Shown one piece after another: positions 33,527-42,371 of a stretch of DNA of 64,000 nt. A program made the position numbers and the translations under genes. The stretch's first letter is position 1; every line of letters starts with the position of its first letter. The notes below the pieces were generated by a model. The model saw only the letters and a list, made by a program, of their open reading frames with translations, ran no database searches and was not told the DNA's origin. The DNA is from an uncultured Phycisphaerales bacterium. GTDB lineage: Bacteria > Planctomycetota > Phycisphaerae > Tepidisphaerales > Tepidisphaeraceae. Location of the stretch: contig CAVWVQ010000003.1 of the NCBI GenBank assembly GCA_963758525.1, forward strand, positions 4,736,001-4,800,000, in the 5' to 3' direction.

Positions 33527-35872
33527 ATGGCACGCGAAGTGATCCACATCCGGGGAACTGCGGAGCAGGCCGAGGTCCGACAAACCAAGAGTGCGCGAAA
33601 GCCTCAAAGTCGGCGTACGAAGCACGCCGCGCTACTGAGGGTCGCGACGGCGGTCGCCCTGCTTGACGGGATTTCCGCGACGATGGCCAGCGCCAGCACG
33701 CTGACATGGGACAGCGACGCGATGCCAGGGAACGGCGTCACCGATGGCAGCGGGACCTGGGACACGAGCACGTTGCAATGGTACAGCGGCAGCAGCGACT
33801 CCGCATGGAACAATAGCAACAATGATACTGCTGTCTTCGGGAACGGCGGCTCCGGCGGCACGAATCCTTATACGGTCACCCTCGGTGCAGCGATTACCGT
33901 TGGCGGGCTCACCTTCAATACCAGCAGCAGCGCAAGCAGTTACACGATCGCCGGCGGCGGCAACACGCTCACGTTCGGCGGCAGCAGCACCAACGACCTT
34001 GTTACTACCAATGCCAATGCCACGATCAGCGCGCTGCTCGCGGCCACGGGCAGCGTGACAACCCTCCAGAAGGCGGGCTCGGGAATTTTGGCACTCAGCG
34101 GTGGCGGCACGTTTTCCAACGCCATCATCAGCGGTCCCAGCACGGGTTCCCTGTTTATTACCGGTGGCACGTTCACTGTTGGTGGCATGAACTTTTATGA
34201 TGCTGGCGGCGACAACAACACCACTGATGGCTTGGTGTTTCAAACAGGAGGCGCGGTCAGTACCTCGAAAGACTGGGATGGAAGGAACAAGACTTCTTCG
34301 TATGACATCACCGGCGGAACGTTGACGGCGACGACCCCCAATCGCATCCGGGATATCGGGACTTTCAACGCCAGCGGCAACGCCACTGTAACCTTTAACA
34401 CTCCTGACGCGCGCATTTCCAGCGACAACTGGAATGGCGCCCTCTCAATCAACGGCAGCGCATCGGTCACGTTTTCGACCAGCGGCTACATTGACTTGAA
34501 CGACAGCGGCGGCACCGGTAACACCGCCTCCGGAACCATCAATCTTAACGGAGGAACGCTGACCACTATCGGCTTTAGCTACGGCGGCGTCTCCACCACC
34601 ACCGGCGTCATCAATTTCAATGGCGGCACCCTCAAGGCATCCAGCAGCCAGGGGACGTCCTTCTTTAGCGCCAACGCCTCTGTTACGGCCAATGTTTACG
34701 GGGGTGGGGCCATCGTGGATACGAATGGCCAAACTAACAACACCATTTCCCAAGCGCTGCTCGGAACCACCGGCAATGGCGTTGATACTGTCACCGTGAA
34801 CGCTGGTGGCAGCTACACCACGGCTCCAACCGTCACCTTCAGCGCGCCGACTTCCGGGACGACCGCCAAAGGTTACGCGTTGATCAATACCGCTGGGGCG
34901 GTCACGAGCATCGTCATCACGAACCCCGGAAGCGGCTATACATCGATGCCGACCGTTACGTTTGGTTCAGGTGCGGCCACCGCAACATCCACCGCCAATC
35001 TCAACAATGCCGGCGGGGGTCTGACGAAGTTAAACGCCGGGACCTTGACGCTCTCGGCCACGTCTAACACGTATACGGGAGCGACGATCATCAGTGGTGG
35101 CACGCTGGCGCTCTCGGCTTCTTCGACGAACAACATCTCCAGTTCCAAGGCTATCACGGTCGGCTCCGGCGCAATCCTCAACGTGTCTAACCTCTCCAGC
35201 GGCACAATCGCTCTCGCCAGCGGGCAGGCGCTCGGCGGCGTGGGCACCGTCACGGGGGCGACCATCGTCAGTTCCGGCAGCACGATTTCCGCGGGCACCA
35301 GCACTACCCTCAGCACCGGCACGGCTAACACCACCGGCAAGCTCACCACCGGCAACGAGAAATTCGCCGCGGGGGGAACCTACGCCGTCAAAATCAATGA
35401 CGTCACGGGCACGTCGGGCAATGCCACGGGATGGGACGACCTTTCGATGGGAACCCTCGACGCCACCGCGTTGGGCTCGAGCACCACCTTCGCCGTCAAG
35501 CTCTCCAGTTCCGGCGCGTCTGCGGCGCACTTTGACAAAACCAGCAATTACACCTGGGTGATCGCCAACATCACCACCGGCTCGCTTCCAATTACCGGTC
35601 CAATGGCTGTCACCAACAGCTTGGGCAACTCCGCTGGAACCACGGCATCGAGCCTCTTTACGCTGGATACGAGTGCCTTTGTTGCTAACAACCCGGTCTT
35701 GGGATCGGGATCGTCGTTCTACCTGGAAGCGCTCGGATCGGTTGGCGGCAGCGAGTCGCTCGAGATCGGCTACAGCGCCACGCCGGAGCCGGGCGCCGCG
35801 ATTCTCGCCTTCACTGGCGTCGTGCCGATGCTGCTGGGCAGGCGGCGACGCGCCAAATCTAGTATTGTCTAA
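33527..35872 (+). CDS. PEP-CTERM surface protein with autotransporter-associated beta-strand repeats (copy B)
   Basis: LTKLNAGTLTLSATSNTYTGAT; C-terminal ATPEPGAAILAFTGVVPMLLGRRRR. Confidence 0.9.
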   Translation: MAREVIHIRGTAEQAEVRQTKSARKPQSRRTKHAALLRVATAVALLDGISATMASASTLTWDSDAMPGNGVTDGSGTWDTSTLQWYSGSSDSAWNNSNNDTAVFGNGGSGGTNPYTVTLGAAITVGGLTFNTSSSASSYTIAGGGNTLTFGGSSTNDLVTTNANATISALLAATGSVTTLQKAGSGILALSGGGTFSNAIISGPSTGSLFITGGTFTVGGMNFYDAGGDNNTTDGLVFQTGGAVSTSKDWDGRNKTSSYDITGGTLTATTPNRIRDIGTFNASGNATVTFNTPDARISSDNWNGALSINGSASVTFSTSGYIDLNDSGGTGNTASGTINLNGGTLTTIGFSYGGVSTTTGVINFNGGTLKASSSQGTSFFSANASVTANVYGGGAIVDTNGQTNNTISQALLGTTGNGVDTVTVNAGGSYTTAPTVTFSAPTSGTTAKGYALINTAGAVTSIVITNPGSGYTSMPTVTFGSGAATATSTANLNNAGGGLTKLNAGTLTLSATSNTYTGATIISGGTLALSASSTNNISSSKAITVGSGAILNVSNLSSGTIALASGQALGGVGTVTGATIVSSGSTISAGTSTTLSTGTANTTGKLTTGNEKFAAGGTYAVKINDVTGTSGNATGWDDLSMGTLDATALGSSTTFAVKLSSSGASAAHFDKTSNYTWVIANITTGSLPITGPMAVTNSLGNSAGTTASSLFTLDTSAFVANNPVLGSGSSFYLEALGSVGGSESLEIGYSATPEPGAAILAFTGVVPMLLGRRRRAKSSIV

Positions 35873-35903
35873 ACGTTGATGTTTCGCCTCATTGGAGATT
35901 GCG

Positions 35904-37007
35904 ATGAAACGCCTCAAGGGCATTTATGTTCTGAGCCCTGACGCCTGGAGCTTGTGCTACGGCCCAGACGAGCAGCGCGACATCGCGCGATGGGCGGACA
36001 TGCCCGGCGGCCCGCGGACGGCCGCGGACGTCGCGAGTCATCCCAAAGTCCTGGCCGACGTGGACGTGCTCTTCTCGGGCTGGGGCGGTCCGCGCATTGA
36101 CGACGCGTTTCTGGAGGCGGCCCCGCGTCTTGGGGCGGTCTTCTATGCCGCCGGTGACATGCGAGACATTCTGACTCCCCATGTCTTCGAGCGTGGAATC
36201 GCCGTCAGCAGCGCTAAGTCCGCCAATTCTCTGCCCGTTGCCGAATACACTCTTTCCTTTATTCTCCTGTCGCTGAAGCATGCGCTTCCGCTGGCGCGCC
36301 AGACGCGAGCGGGACGGCACTTCCCGTCGGCAAACGGCGCGGCCGGTTGTTATGGCAGCACCGTCGGGCTGGTCTCCCTCGGAGCGGCGGGGCTGGCGGT
36401 GCTCGATCAGCTTCAGCGGTTTGACTTGCGCGTCCTGGCGCACGATCCATTGCTCACCCCTCAACGTGCGCGGCAACTGAATGTCGAATCGGTGTCATTG
36501 GAAGAGTTGTTCCGCCGGGCCGATGTGGTGTCGGTTCACACTCCGTGGCTTGCGGAAACGGAGGGTTTGATCAGCGGCGCGCATCTCGCTTCGATGAAGC
36601 CGGGCGCAACCTTCATCAACACCGCGCAAGGCGCGGTGGTGCGCGAGCGGGAAATGCTGGAAGTGCTCGCGGCCCGTCCCGACTTGCAGGCCGTCCTGGA
36701 CGTCACCACGCAGGAGCCGCCCGCGGCTGATTCGGCGCTCTATACGCTGCCGAACGTACTGCTCACCCCGCACATCGCCGGTTCCACCGGCCCTGAGTGC
36801 CGGCGGATGGGGCGGTATATGGCCGAAGAGCTGGCGAGATATGCCGCCGGCGAGCCCTTGCGCTGGCCCGTCAGGCCCGAGCCGTTGCTGCAAGTGACGA
36901 TCGCGCGGTCCGTCAAAGAGCACCCGGGCGCAGCGCGATTGCAGGAACATTTCGAGGGAGGCATTGTGCCACCGGAGCCATCGTCGTCGCGCATGCAATC
37001 GGCATGA
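35904..37007 (+). CDS. D-2-hydroxyacid dehydrogenase family protein (copy B)
   Basis: Close paralog of 6267-7331; GLVSLGAAG, INTAQG, TPHIAG. Confidence 0.9.
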   Translation: MKRLKGIYVLSPDAWSLCYGPDEQRDIARWADMPGGPRTAADVASHPKVLADVDVLFSGWGGPRIDDAFLEAAPRLGAVFYAAGDMRDILTPHVFERGIAVSSAKSANSLPVAEYTLSFILLSLKHALPLARQTRAGRHFPSANGAAGCYGSTVGLVSLGAAGLAVLDQLQRFDLRVLAHDPLLTPQRARQLNVESVSLEELFRRADVVSVHTPWLAETEGLISGAHLASMKPGATFINTAQGAVVREREMLEVLAARPDLQAVLDVTTQEPPAADSALYTLPNVLLTPHIAGSTGPECRRMGRYMAEELARYAAGEPLRWPVRPEPLLQVTIARSVKEHPGAARLQEHFEGGIVPPEPSSSRMQSA

Positions 37008-37073
37008 CATTTGGAATGGGGCGGTTCGATCAGAAGATCCGCACTCGTCCAACACCTTCGCGAGGAGTATCAA

Positions 37074-38204
37074 ATGAAGACCCATCACGTTCTGAATAGA
37101 ATCAAGCGATCCGGTTTCAACATTCTCCGAGAGCATAAATCCTCTCGGCGGCCCCTACATGGTTTTACCTTGGTGGAACTGCTGGTTGTCGTCGGGATTA
37201 TTGCTCTGCTCATCGCCATCCTTCTCCCCGCACTGGCCAGCGCCCGACGGCAGGCCAATCTCGTGGCTTGCTCGTCAAACATGCGCCAGATTGGTCAGGC
37301 CCTGTTCTCGCATGCCACCGACCATCATGGTTTCATGCCGTACGCAGGTCCGCTGATGGACCCCACCTCCGGCAACGTGGACAACCCGACGCCCGCCGCC
37401 TTGCATGACAGCACGATGAGCAGATACGATTATTATTATCATAACGCGAGCACCGTTAACAAGCTCCTGGTGATGCCTCTGGAAGGAGCTTTGGTTTCGT
37501 ATCTAGGGGGGACCATCCGAACAGACACCCTCGCAAACATGTGTAACGACCTGGGCGTCAACAACAGCGGTACCTACCCGCTCGGAACAAGTACTGTAAA
37601 TGCGTGGCCCACCGTCCGCAGAGTGTTCACCTGTCCCACGGATACGAGCTATGAGAACACGGGGGTCCCTCCGTATGGAATCAGCGCGACGAAATACGTG
37701 AATGGGGCTCCGGATGGGGAACAGTACTCCAGCTACGCCTTCAATTACGATGTGTTCGGACTGTCCACCAATACAAACTCCGGTTACGGCAATAATTGGG
37801 CCTACAGCTTTAGCTACGCGCGAGCCGGCGGGGATATCTCGAAAGTTTCTCGTTCGTCCGAAACGGTTCTCTTTACGGAAATGGCTTTCAATCAACCTCT
37901 GGCATCAAGTTCCAATCAGATGCTCTTCTCGGCATCTCCGGGCATGACACTATACGACGCGTTGGTCGGAAATACTTCCGGCCATCCCTGGTCCGGCGCG
38001 GCCGGCGACCCGAACGTCTTTGCGATGCTGAATTATCGACACAGAACGGTAATGAACGTTTTGTTCGCCGACGGGCATGTCGAAGCCCTCGGCATTCCGA
38101 CGATGGTCCTTGATGCGTCTTTCAACATCGTCACAACGGGCATCATGGCTAATGCTCCAAACTCAGGTGACCTGAAGCATGCATATCTGTGGCCTCCGCA
38201 ATGA
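37074..38204 (+). CDS. Prepilin-type N-terminal cleavage / H-X9-DG (DUF1559-like) protein, copy B
   Basis: [58 protein letters not shown] before ATG 37074. Confidence 0.92.
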   Translation: MKTHHVLNRIKRSGFNILREHKSSRRPLHGFTLVELLVVVGIIALLIAILLPALASARRQANLVACSSNMRQIGQALFSHATDHHGFMPYAGPLMDPTSGNVDNPTPAALHDSTMSRYDYYYHNASTVNKLLVMPLEGALVSYLGGTIRTDTLANMCNDLGVNNSGTYPLGTSTVNAWPTVRRVFTCPTDTSYENTGVPPYGISATKYVNGAPDGEQYSSYAFNYDVFGLSTNTNSGYGNNWAYSFSYARAGGDISKVSRSSETVLFTEMAFNQPLASSSNQMLFSASPGMTLYDALVGNTSGHPWSGAAGDPNVFAMLNYRHRTVMNVLFADGHVEALGIPTMVLDASFNIVTTGIMANAPNSGDLKHAYLWPPQ

Positions 38205-38225
38205 CGGAACGACGGAAGGTTTGCG

Positions 38226-38762
38226 GTGAGGAAGTACATGAACATCCGCGAAAAACTGAACCAGTATAGAGCGCTGTCACTTCCAGTCGTTGGAGTGGTG
38301 ATTGCGATCGCGCTCGCATTGATTTTCCGGCAATTGCGTGAAGCCGCGCCACACAAACCGGGTTTGCCGTCCAAGTCCTTCTACTCCGACGACGACGGAA
38401 AGACCTGGTTCCTTGACGAATATATGAAGATCACGCCGTTCGATCATCACGGTCGGTCCGCGTACAAGGTGGTGGTCTATCGGTGCAATGGCAGCACGCC
38501 GGCTGTCGCATATCTGGAGAAATTCTCGGATTCGCAGCAGGCGGCCTTGCAGGAGATTTCGCCGGCGGATGTCCGTGATTACACGGGCAGGTTCATGTCT
38601 TTTCAGGAAGCCCTGGACGTCAAGAAGCCGGGAAGCAATCGCTGGCTGTCCGTCGAGAGCAGAGGATACATCGATGCGAAGATCGTGACCTGCCCGGACG
38701 GGTCCGTGAAAGGACTGACGTTTGTATCGCCGCTTGATCCGGACACCGGGGCGTCGGGTTGA
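38226..38762 (+). CDS. Small single-TM hypothetical protein ('DDGKTWF' family), copy B
   Basis: [27 protein letters not shown]; paralog of 10725-11312. Confidence 0.8.
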   Translation: MRKYMNIREKLNQYRALSLPVVGVVIAIALALIFRQLREAAPHKPGLPSKSFYSDDDGKTWFLDEYMKITPFDHHGRSAYKVVVYRCNGSTPAVAYLEKFSDSQQAALQEISPADVRDYTGRFMSFQEALDVKKPGSNRWLSVESRGYIDAKIVTCPDGSVKGLTFVSPLDPDTGASG

Positions 38763-38777
38763 GAAGCGGTTTCTCGA

Positions 38778-38930
38778 ACAGGGTTCAGGGTGTCAGGGTT
38801 CAGGAAGAGAGAATGAGTGAAGAGTAAAGGGTGAAGGGTGAAGTTCAGACGGGAGCTTTTCCGGCTTTTCCTTACTTCACTCTTCACCCTTCATCCTTTC
38901 CCTCCTGAACCCTGACACCCTGAACCCTGT
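38778..38930. repeat. Heptamer-built inverted repeat element
   Basis: Perfect 28-bp arms ACAGGGTTCAGGGTGTCAGGGTTCAGGA (38778-38805 and 38903-38930), inner imperfect TGAAGGG/CCCTTCA arms. Confidence 0.85.
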
Positions 38931-38951
38931 CTGCATCCCGCGAAAGACCTT

Positions 38952-40766
38952 ATGCTCGCCACGATCGTACGAAGTCTCTCCGGCTGGGACTACGCGATCA
39001 TCGGCTTCTACTTCACATTCATGATCGGCATCGGACTCGTTTTCCGCCGGTTCAGTCACGACATCAGCGACTATTTTCGCGGCGGCGGGACGATGCTCTG
39101 GTGGATGAGCGGGGCGTCGGCCCTGATGGGGGGGATCAGCGTCTGGAGCTTCACCGGCGCCGCGGCAAAATATTATGAATCGGGACCTTGCCTTTACCTG
39201 GAAACGCTGCCAGGCATCGTCATTGCGGGGACAGTATTGATCTTTTTCGCCTGTTACCGCTTCCGGCAGATGCGCGTGATCACGGGCGTGGACGCGGTCC
39301 GCCGGCGCTTCGGGCGAGTGAACGAGCAATTCTACGTCTGGTGCCAGGTTCCCATCGGCATCTTTTATGCTGGGCTGGGTCTCAATACGCTCGGCGTGTT
39401 CATCTCCAGCGTCTTTCACGCCAGCCTGCCCGGGACGATTGTCGTCATCGGCGTGATCGTGATCTTCGTCGCCTCCAGCGGCGGCGTTTGGGCAGTTGTC
39501 GCCGGCGACTTCGTTCAGATGCTGATCATGCTCCTGGTCGTTGCGATCACCGCGGCGCTCACGCTGGCGCGACCGGACGTGGGAGGGATCAGCGGGCTGA
39601 TTCGCCAGATGCCGGCGCAGCATTTCCATTGGACCATGCTCGCACGGCCGCAGGTCATCCTGTTCTGGATCGGAGCGTTCGCCATCCAGGCGGTCTGTCT
39701 CAACCTCGACCTCTCCGGCGGCGCCGCCCGCTACATGACCGTCAAGGACGGAACGCACGCGCGAAAGGCGGCGACGATGGGCGTCCTGGTTCTGATGCTG
39801 CTGCCTCTGCTCACAATGATTCCCCCGATGGCGGCAATTATTCTCGCCCCCGATCTTCATGCCCAGTTTCCCAGGCTCAAGCAGCCGACGGAGGCCGCCT
39901 ACGTCGCAACCGCCATGAAAGTGCTGCCGCGGGGAATCCTCGGGCTCCTCGTCAGCGGCATGTTCGCAGCCGCGATGGCAAGCATGGATACCGGCCTCAA
40001 TCGCAATTCCGGAATCTTTGTGAAGAACTTTTATTCGCGCGTGATCCGCCCAAATGCGGGAGACCGCGAACTGCTCGTCGCCAGCAAACTCTTCACCGCC
40101 GTCTTTGGAGCGGTGGTCATTGGAATCGGGCTGCTGATCGCGGCATTCAGGGAGATCAACCTGTTCGACTTCGTGGTCATTCTCGGAGCGCTGCTGGGGC
40201 TTCCGCTGATCGTGCCGCTGGTCTGGGGAATTTTGATCCGCCGCACGCCGCCGTGGTCCGCCTGGAGCACTGCGCTCGTCGGTTTCATCGTTGCCGCCAC
40301 GATTCGCTATGCTATCTCGCCGGAATGGTTTCAGCACGTTCTGGGCTGGAGTCAGCCGTTGTCGGAGCGAGAATCCAATGACGTCGTGTTTGCGAGCATG
40401 GCCGTGGCGGTTGTTATCGCAGGGTCGGCCTGGTTCCTCTTTACGATGGCGTTCGCCGGCAATGCGCCGGCTGATTACAAAGCGGAAGTCGAGCGCTTCT
40501 TTCACGACATGCAGACGCCTGTCGACCCGCTGGCCGAGGGCATCCGATACGACGATGCGAGGCAATATCTCGTGATCGGCAGGCTGTGCCTGATTTATGG
40601 CGCCGTCATGTTGCTGGGAATGCTGATCCCCAACGCGCCGTCGGGCCGGCTTTGTTTTGCATTTGTCGGTGGAGTTGTCTTAAGCATCGGCGTGATCTTG
40701 CGCACGCGGGAATCCGCAGGCGGGAAAACACATGCGAACGAGAACAACTCAACGACGTTCGGTTAG
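38952..40766 (+). CDS. Sodium:solute symporter (SSS) family transporter
   Basis: DYAIIGFYF, DYFRGG, multiple TM helices, GLLVSGMFAAAMASMDTGLN. Confidence 0.9.
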   Translation: MLATIVRSLSGWDYAIIGFYFTFMIGIGLVFRRFSHDISDYFRGGGTMLWWMSGASALMGGISVWSFTGAAAKYYESGPCLYLETLPGIVIAGTVLIFFACYRFRQMRVITGVDAVRRRFGRVNEQFYVWCQVPIGIFYAGLGLNTLGVFISSVFHASLPGTIVVIGVIVIFVASSGGVWAVVAGDFVQMLIMLLVVAITAALTLARPDVGGISGLIRQMPAQHFHWTMLARPQVILFWIGAFAIQAVCLNLDLSGGAARYMTVKDGTHARKAATMGVLVLMLLPLLTMIPPMAAIILAPDLHAQFPRLKQPTEAAYVATAMKVLPRGILGLLVSGMFAAAMASMDTGLNRNSGIFVKNFYSRVIRPNAGDRELLVASKLFTAVFGAVVIGIGLLIAAFREINLFDFVVILGALLGLPLIVPLVWGILIRRTPPWSAWSTALVGFIVAATIRYAISPEWFQHVLGWSQPLSERESNDVVFASMAVAVVIAGSAWFLFTMAFAGNAPADYKAEVERFFHDMQTPVDPLAEGIRYDDARQYLVIGRLCLIYGAVMLLGMLIPNAPSGRLCFAFVGGVVLSIGVILRTRESAGGKTHANENNSTTFG

Positions 40767-40796
40767 TCGAGCGGCAAAAGGATTGAGGCCACAAAG

Positions 40797-42269
40797 ATGA
40801 ACAAGCGATCGCGATGTGCCCGGATGTTCGTTGTGGCGAACGTCGCCTTAGTCCTGCACTCCCTGATATGTGGAAGCGCCATCGGAGGCGAGCCATCCGT
40901 TGCGCCGGTGAATCGGGATGATTGGCGATGGGTGAAAGGGGCCGTTTTTGTCCCGACCAACGCCGTCAATGAAGCACAGCAGTGGGACGAATACGATCCG
41001 GCCATCAACGATCGCGAGCTGCACTACGCCTCGGTGTATGGCGTCAATTGCGTGCGCGCGTACCTTCACTACTACGTTTACCTGAAGAAGAAGGACGCTC
41101 TGCTTCACAACATCGAGGACTTCCTCACCCGCGCGAATAAGTACGGCATCAAAGTGGAATTTGTCTTCTTCGACGACTGCTGGAATCAGCCGCCCAGGGA
41201 ACTGCTCAACAGCGATTACAAATATCCCGCGCCGCTTCCCGGCGTGCATAACAGCCAATGGCTCGTCTCGCCCGGCGAGGACGCCCGCAAAAACTACGAC
41301 CAGCACCTCCCGAAGCTCAAGGCCTACGTGCAGGACATCGTCGACGCCCACAAGGACGATCAGCGCGTCGCCTTTTGGGAGACGTATAACGAGCCGAACA
41401 AATCTCCCCAGACCATCCGACTCGAACGGGACGCCCTCAACTGGATCCATGAGACCGGCAGCAAAATTCCCGTCACTGCGACGGGTTCAGGGTTCTCCGG
41501 CGATCCCTTCTCCGACTTCAAATCGTGGCACATGTATGGCGACTACAAGGCCATCGCGAGCCATGACGAGCATGAACTCAATACCGAGTGCATGAATCGC
41601 CGCGGGCAGACGGTGCCCGGCATCGTTGAGCATTTCGCTGGAAAGAGCGGGTTTGAGATTTGGGAATTTGGCATCGGCCGCGACAATTGCCGCTTTTCAT
41701 GGGAGGAGAACCGCAAGACGCCGCGCAAGGACGAGCCCCGGACGCCGTTTCACGGCATGGTCTACGCGGACGGACATCCCTGGTCGGTGGAGGATGTGAA
41801 GGCGTTTTCCGGTCCACAGGCGTTTGCGAAGGCGGCGCTGTTCAACGTCGAGTATTGCAAGGACGAGAATTTTACCGAGTCGGCGAAGAAGTCCGTGACG
41901 CCGATGATCGACTTCGATCTCCCTGACGAGGAAGGGATGGGCTCTCCCGATCCTCAGGCCGGCGTCCCGCGCCAGCACTTCTCGATCAAATGGACCGGCA
42001 CGATTCAGCCGCCTTCGGCTGGCAATCACGTTCTCACCGTCAAAGGCAACGGCGCCGCAAAGGTGTCGATCGATGGCAATCCGCTGGTCGAGGTGAAAAC
42101 AACCGGAAGCGCGGAAGTGACCGGCTCCGCGCCGATACCCGCCGACCATCCGTCACTGATCACGGTCGAATATACCCACGGTGAAGGCCCCGCGCGTCTG
42201 CACCTTTTGTGGGCGGGCCGTGGCAGTGACGATGAGGCGGCGGTGACGCCGATCGCTCCGCCGAAGTAG
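40797..42269 (+). CDS. Secreted clan GH-A (GH5-like) glycoside hydrolase with C-terminal PA14 domain
   Basis: Signal peptide; WETYNEP acid/base, LNTEC nucleophile; FSIKWTGTI PA14 motif. Confidence 0.75.
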   Translation: MNKRSRCARMFVVANVALVLHSLICGSAIGGEPSVAPVNRDDWRWVKGAVFVPTNAVNEAQQWDEYDPAINDRELHYASVYGVNCVRAYLHYYVYLKKKDALLHNIEDFLTRANKYGIKVEFVFFDDCWNQPPRELLNSDYKYPAPLPGVHNSQWLVSPGEDARKNYDQHLPKLKAYVQDIVDAHKDDQRVAFWETYNEPNKSPQTIRLERDALNWIHETGSKIPVTATGSGFSGDPFSDFKSWHMYGDYKAIASHDEHELNTECMNRRGQTVPGIVEHFAGKSGFEIWEFGIGRDNCRFSWEENRKTPRKDEPRTPFHGMVYADGHPWSVEDVKAFSGPQAFAKAALFNVEYCKDENFTESAKKSVTPMIDFDLPDEEGMGSPDPQAGVPRQHFSIKWTGTIQPPSAGNHVLTVKGNGAAKVSIDGNPLVEVKTTGSAEVTGSAPIPADHPSLITVEYTHGEGPARLHLLWAGRGSDDEAAVTPIAPPK

Positions 42270-42371
42270 CGGCCATATGGGCGAGTGTTGTTCGATCCCC
42301 AAACGACCGCGCCCTGATGGTCACGTTTGTGGCGGTGGAGCGATGAGCTTCTCTTCAGAAAGTCTCATTCT

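Noticed and set aside
38877..40565. 562-aa antisense ORF
   Set aside because: Shadow of the SSS symporter in GC-rich DNA; no motifs
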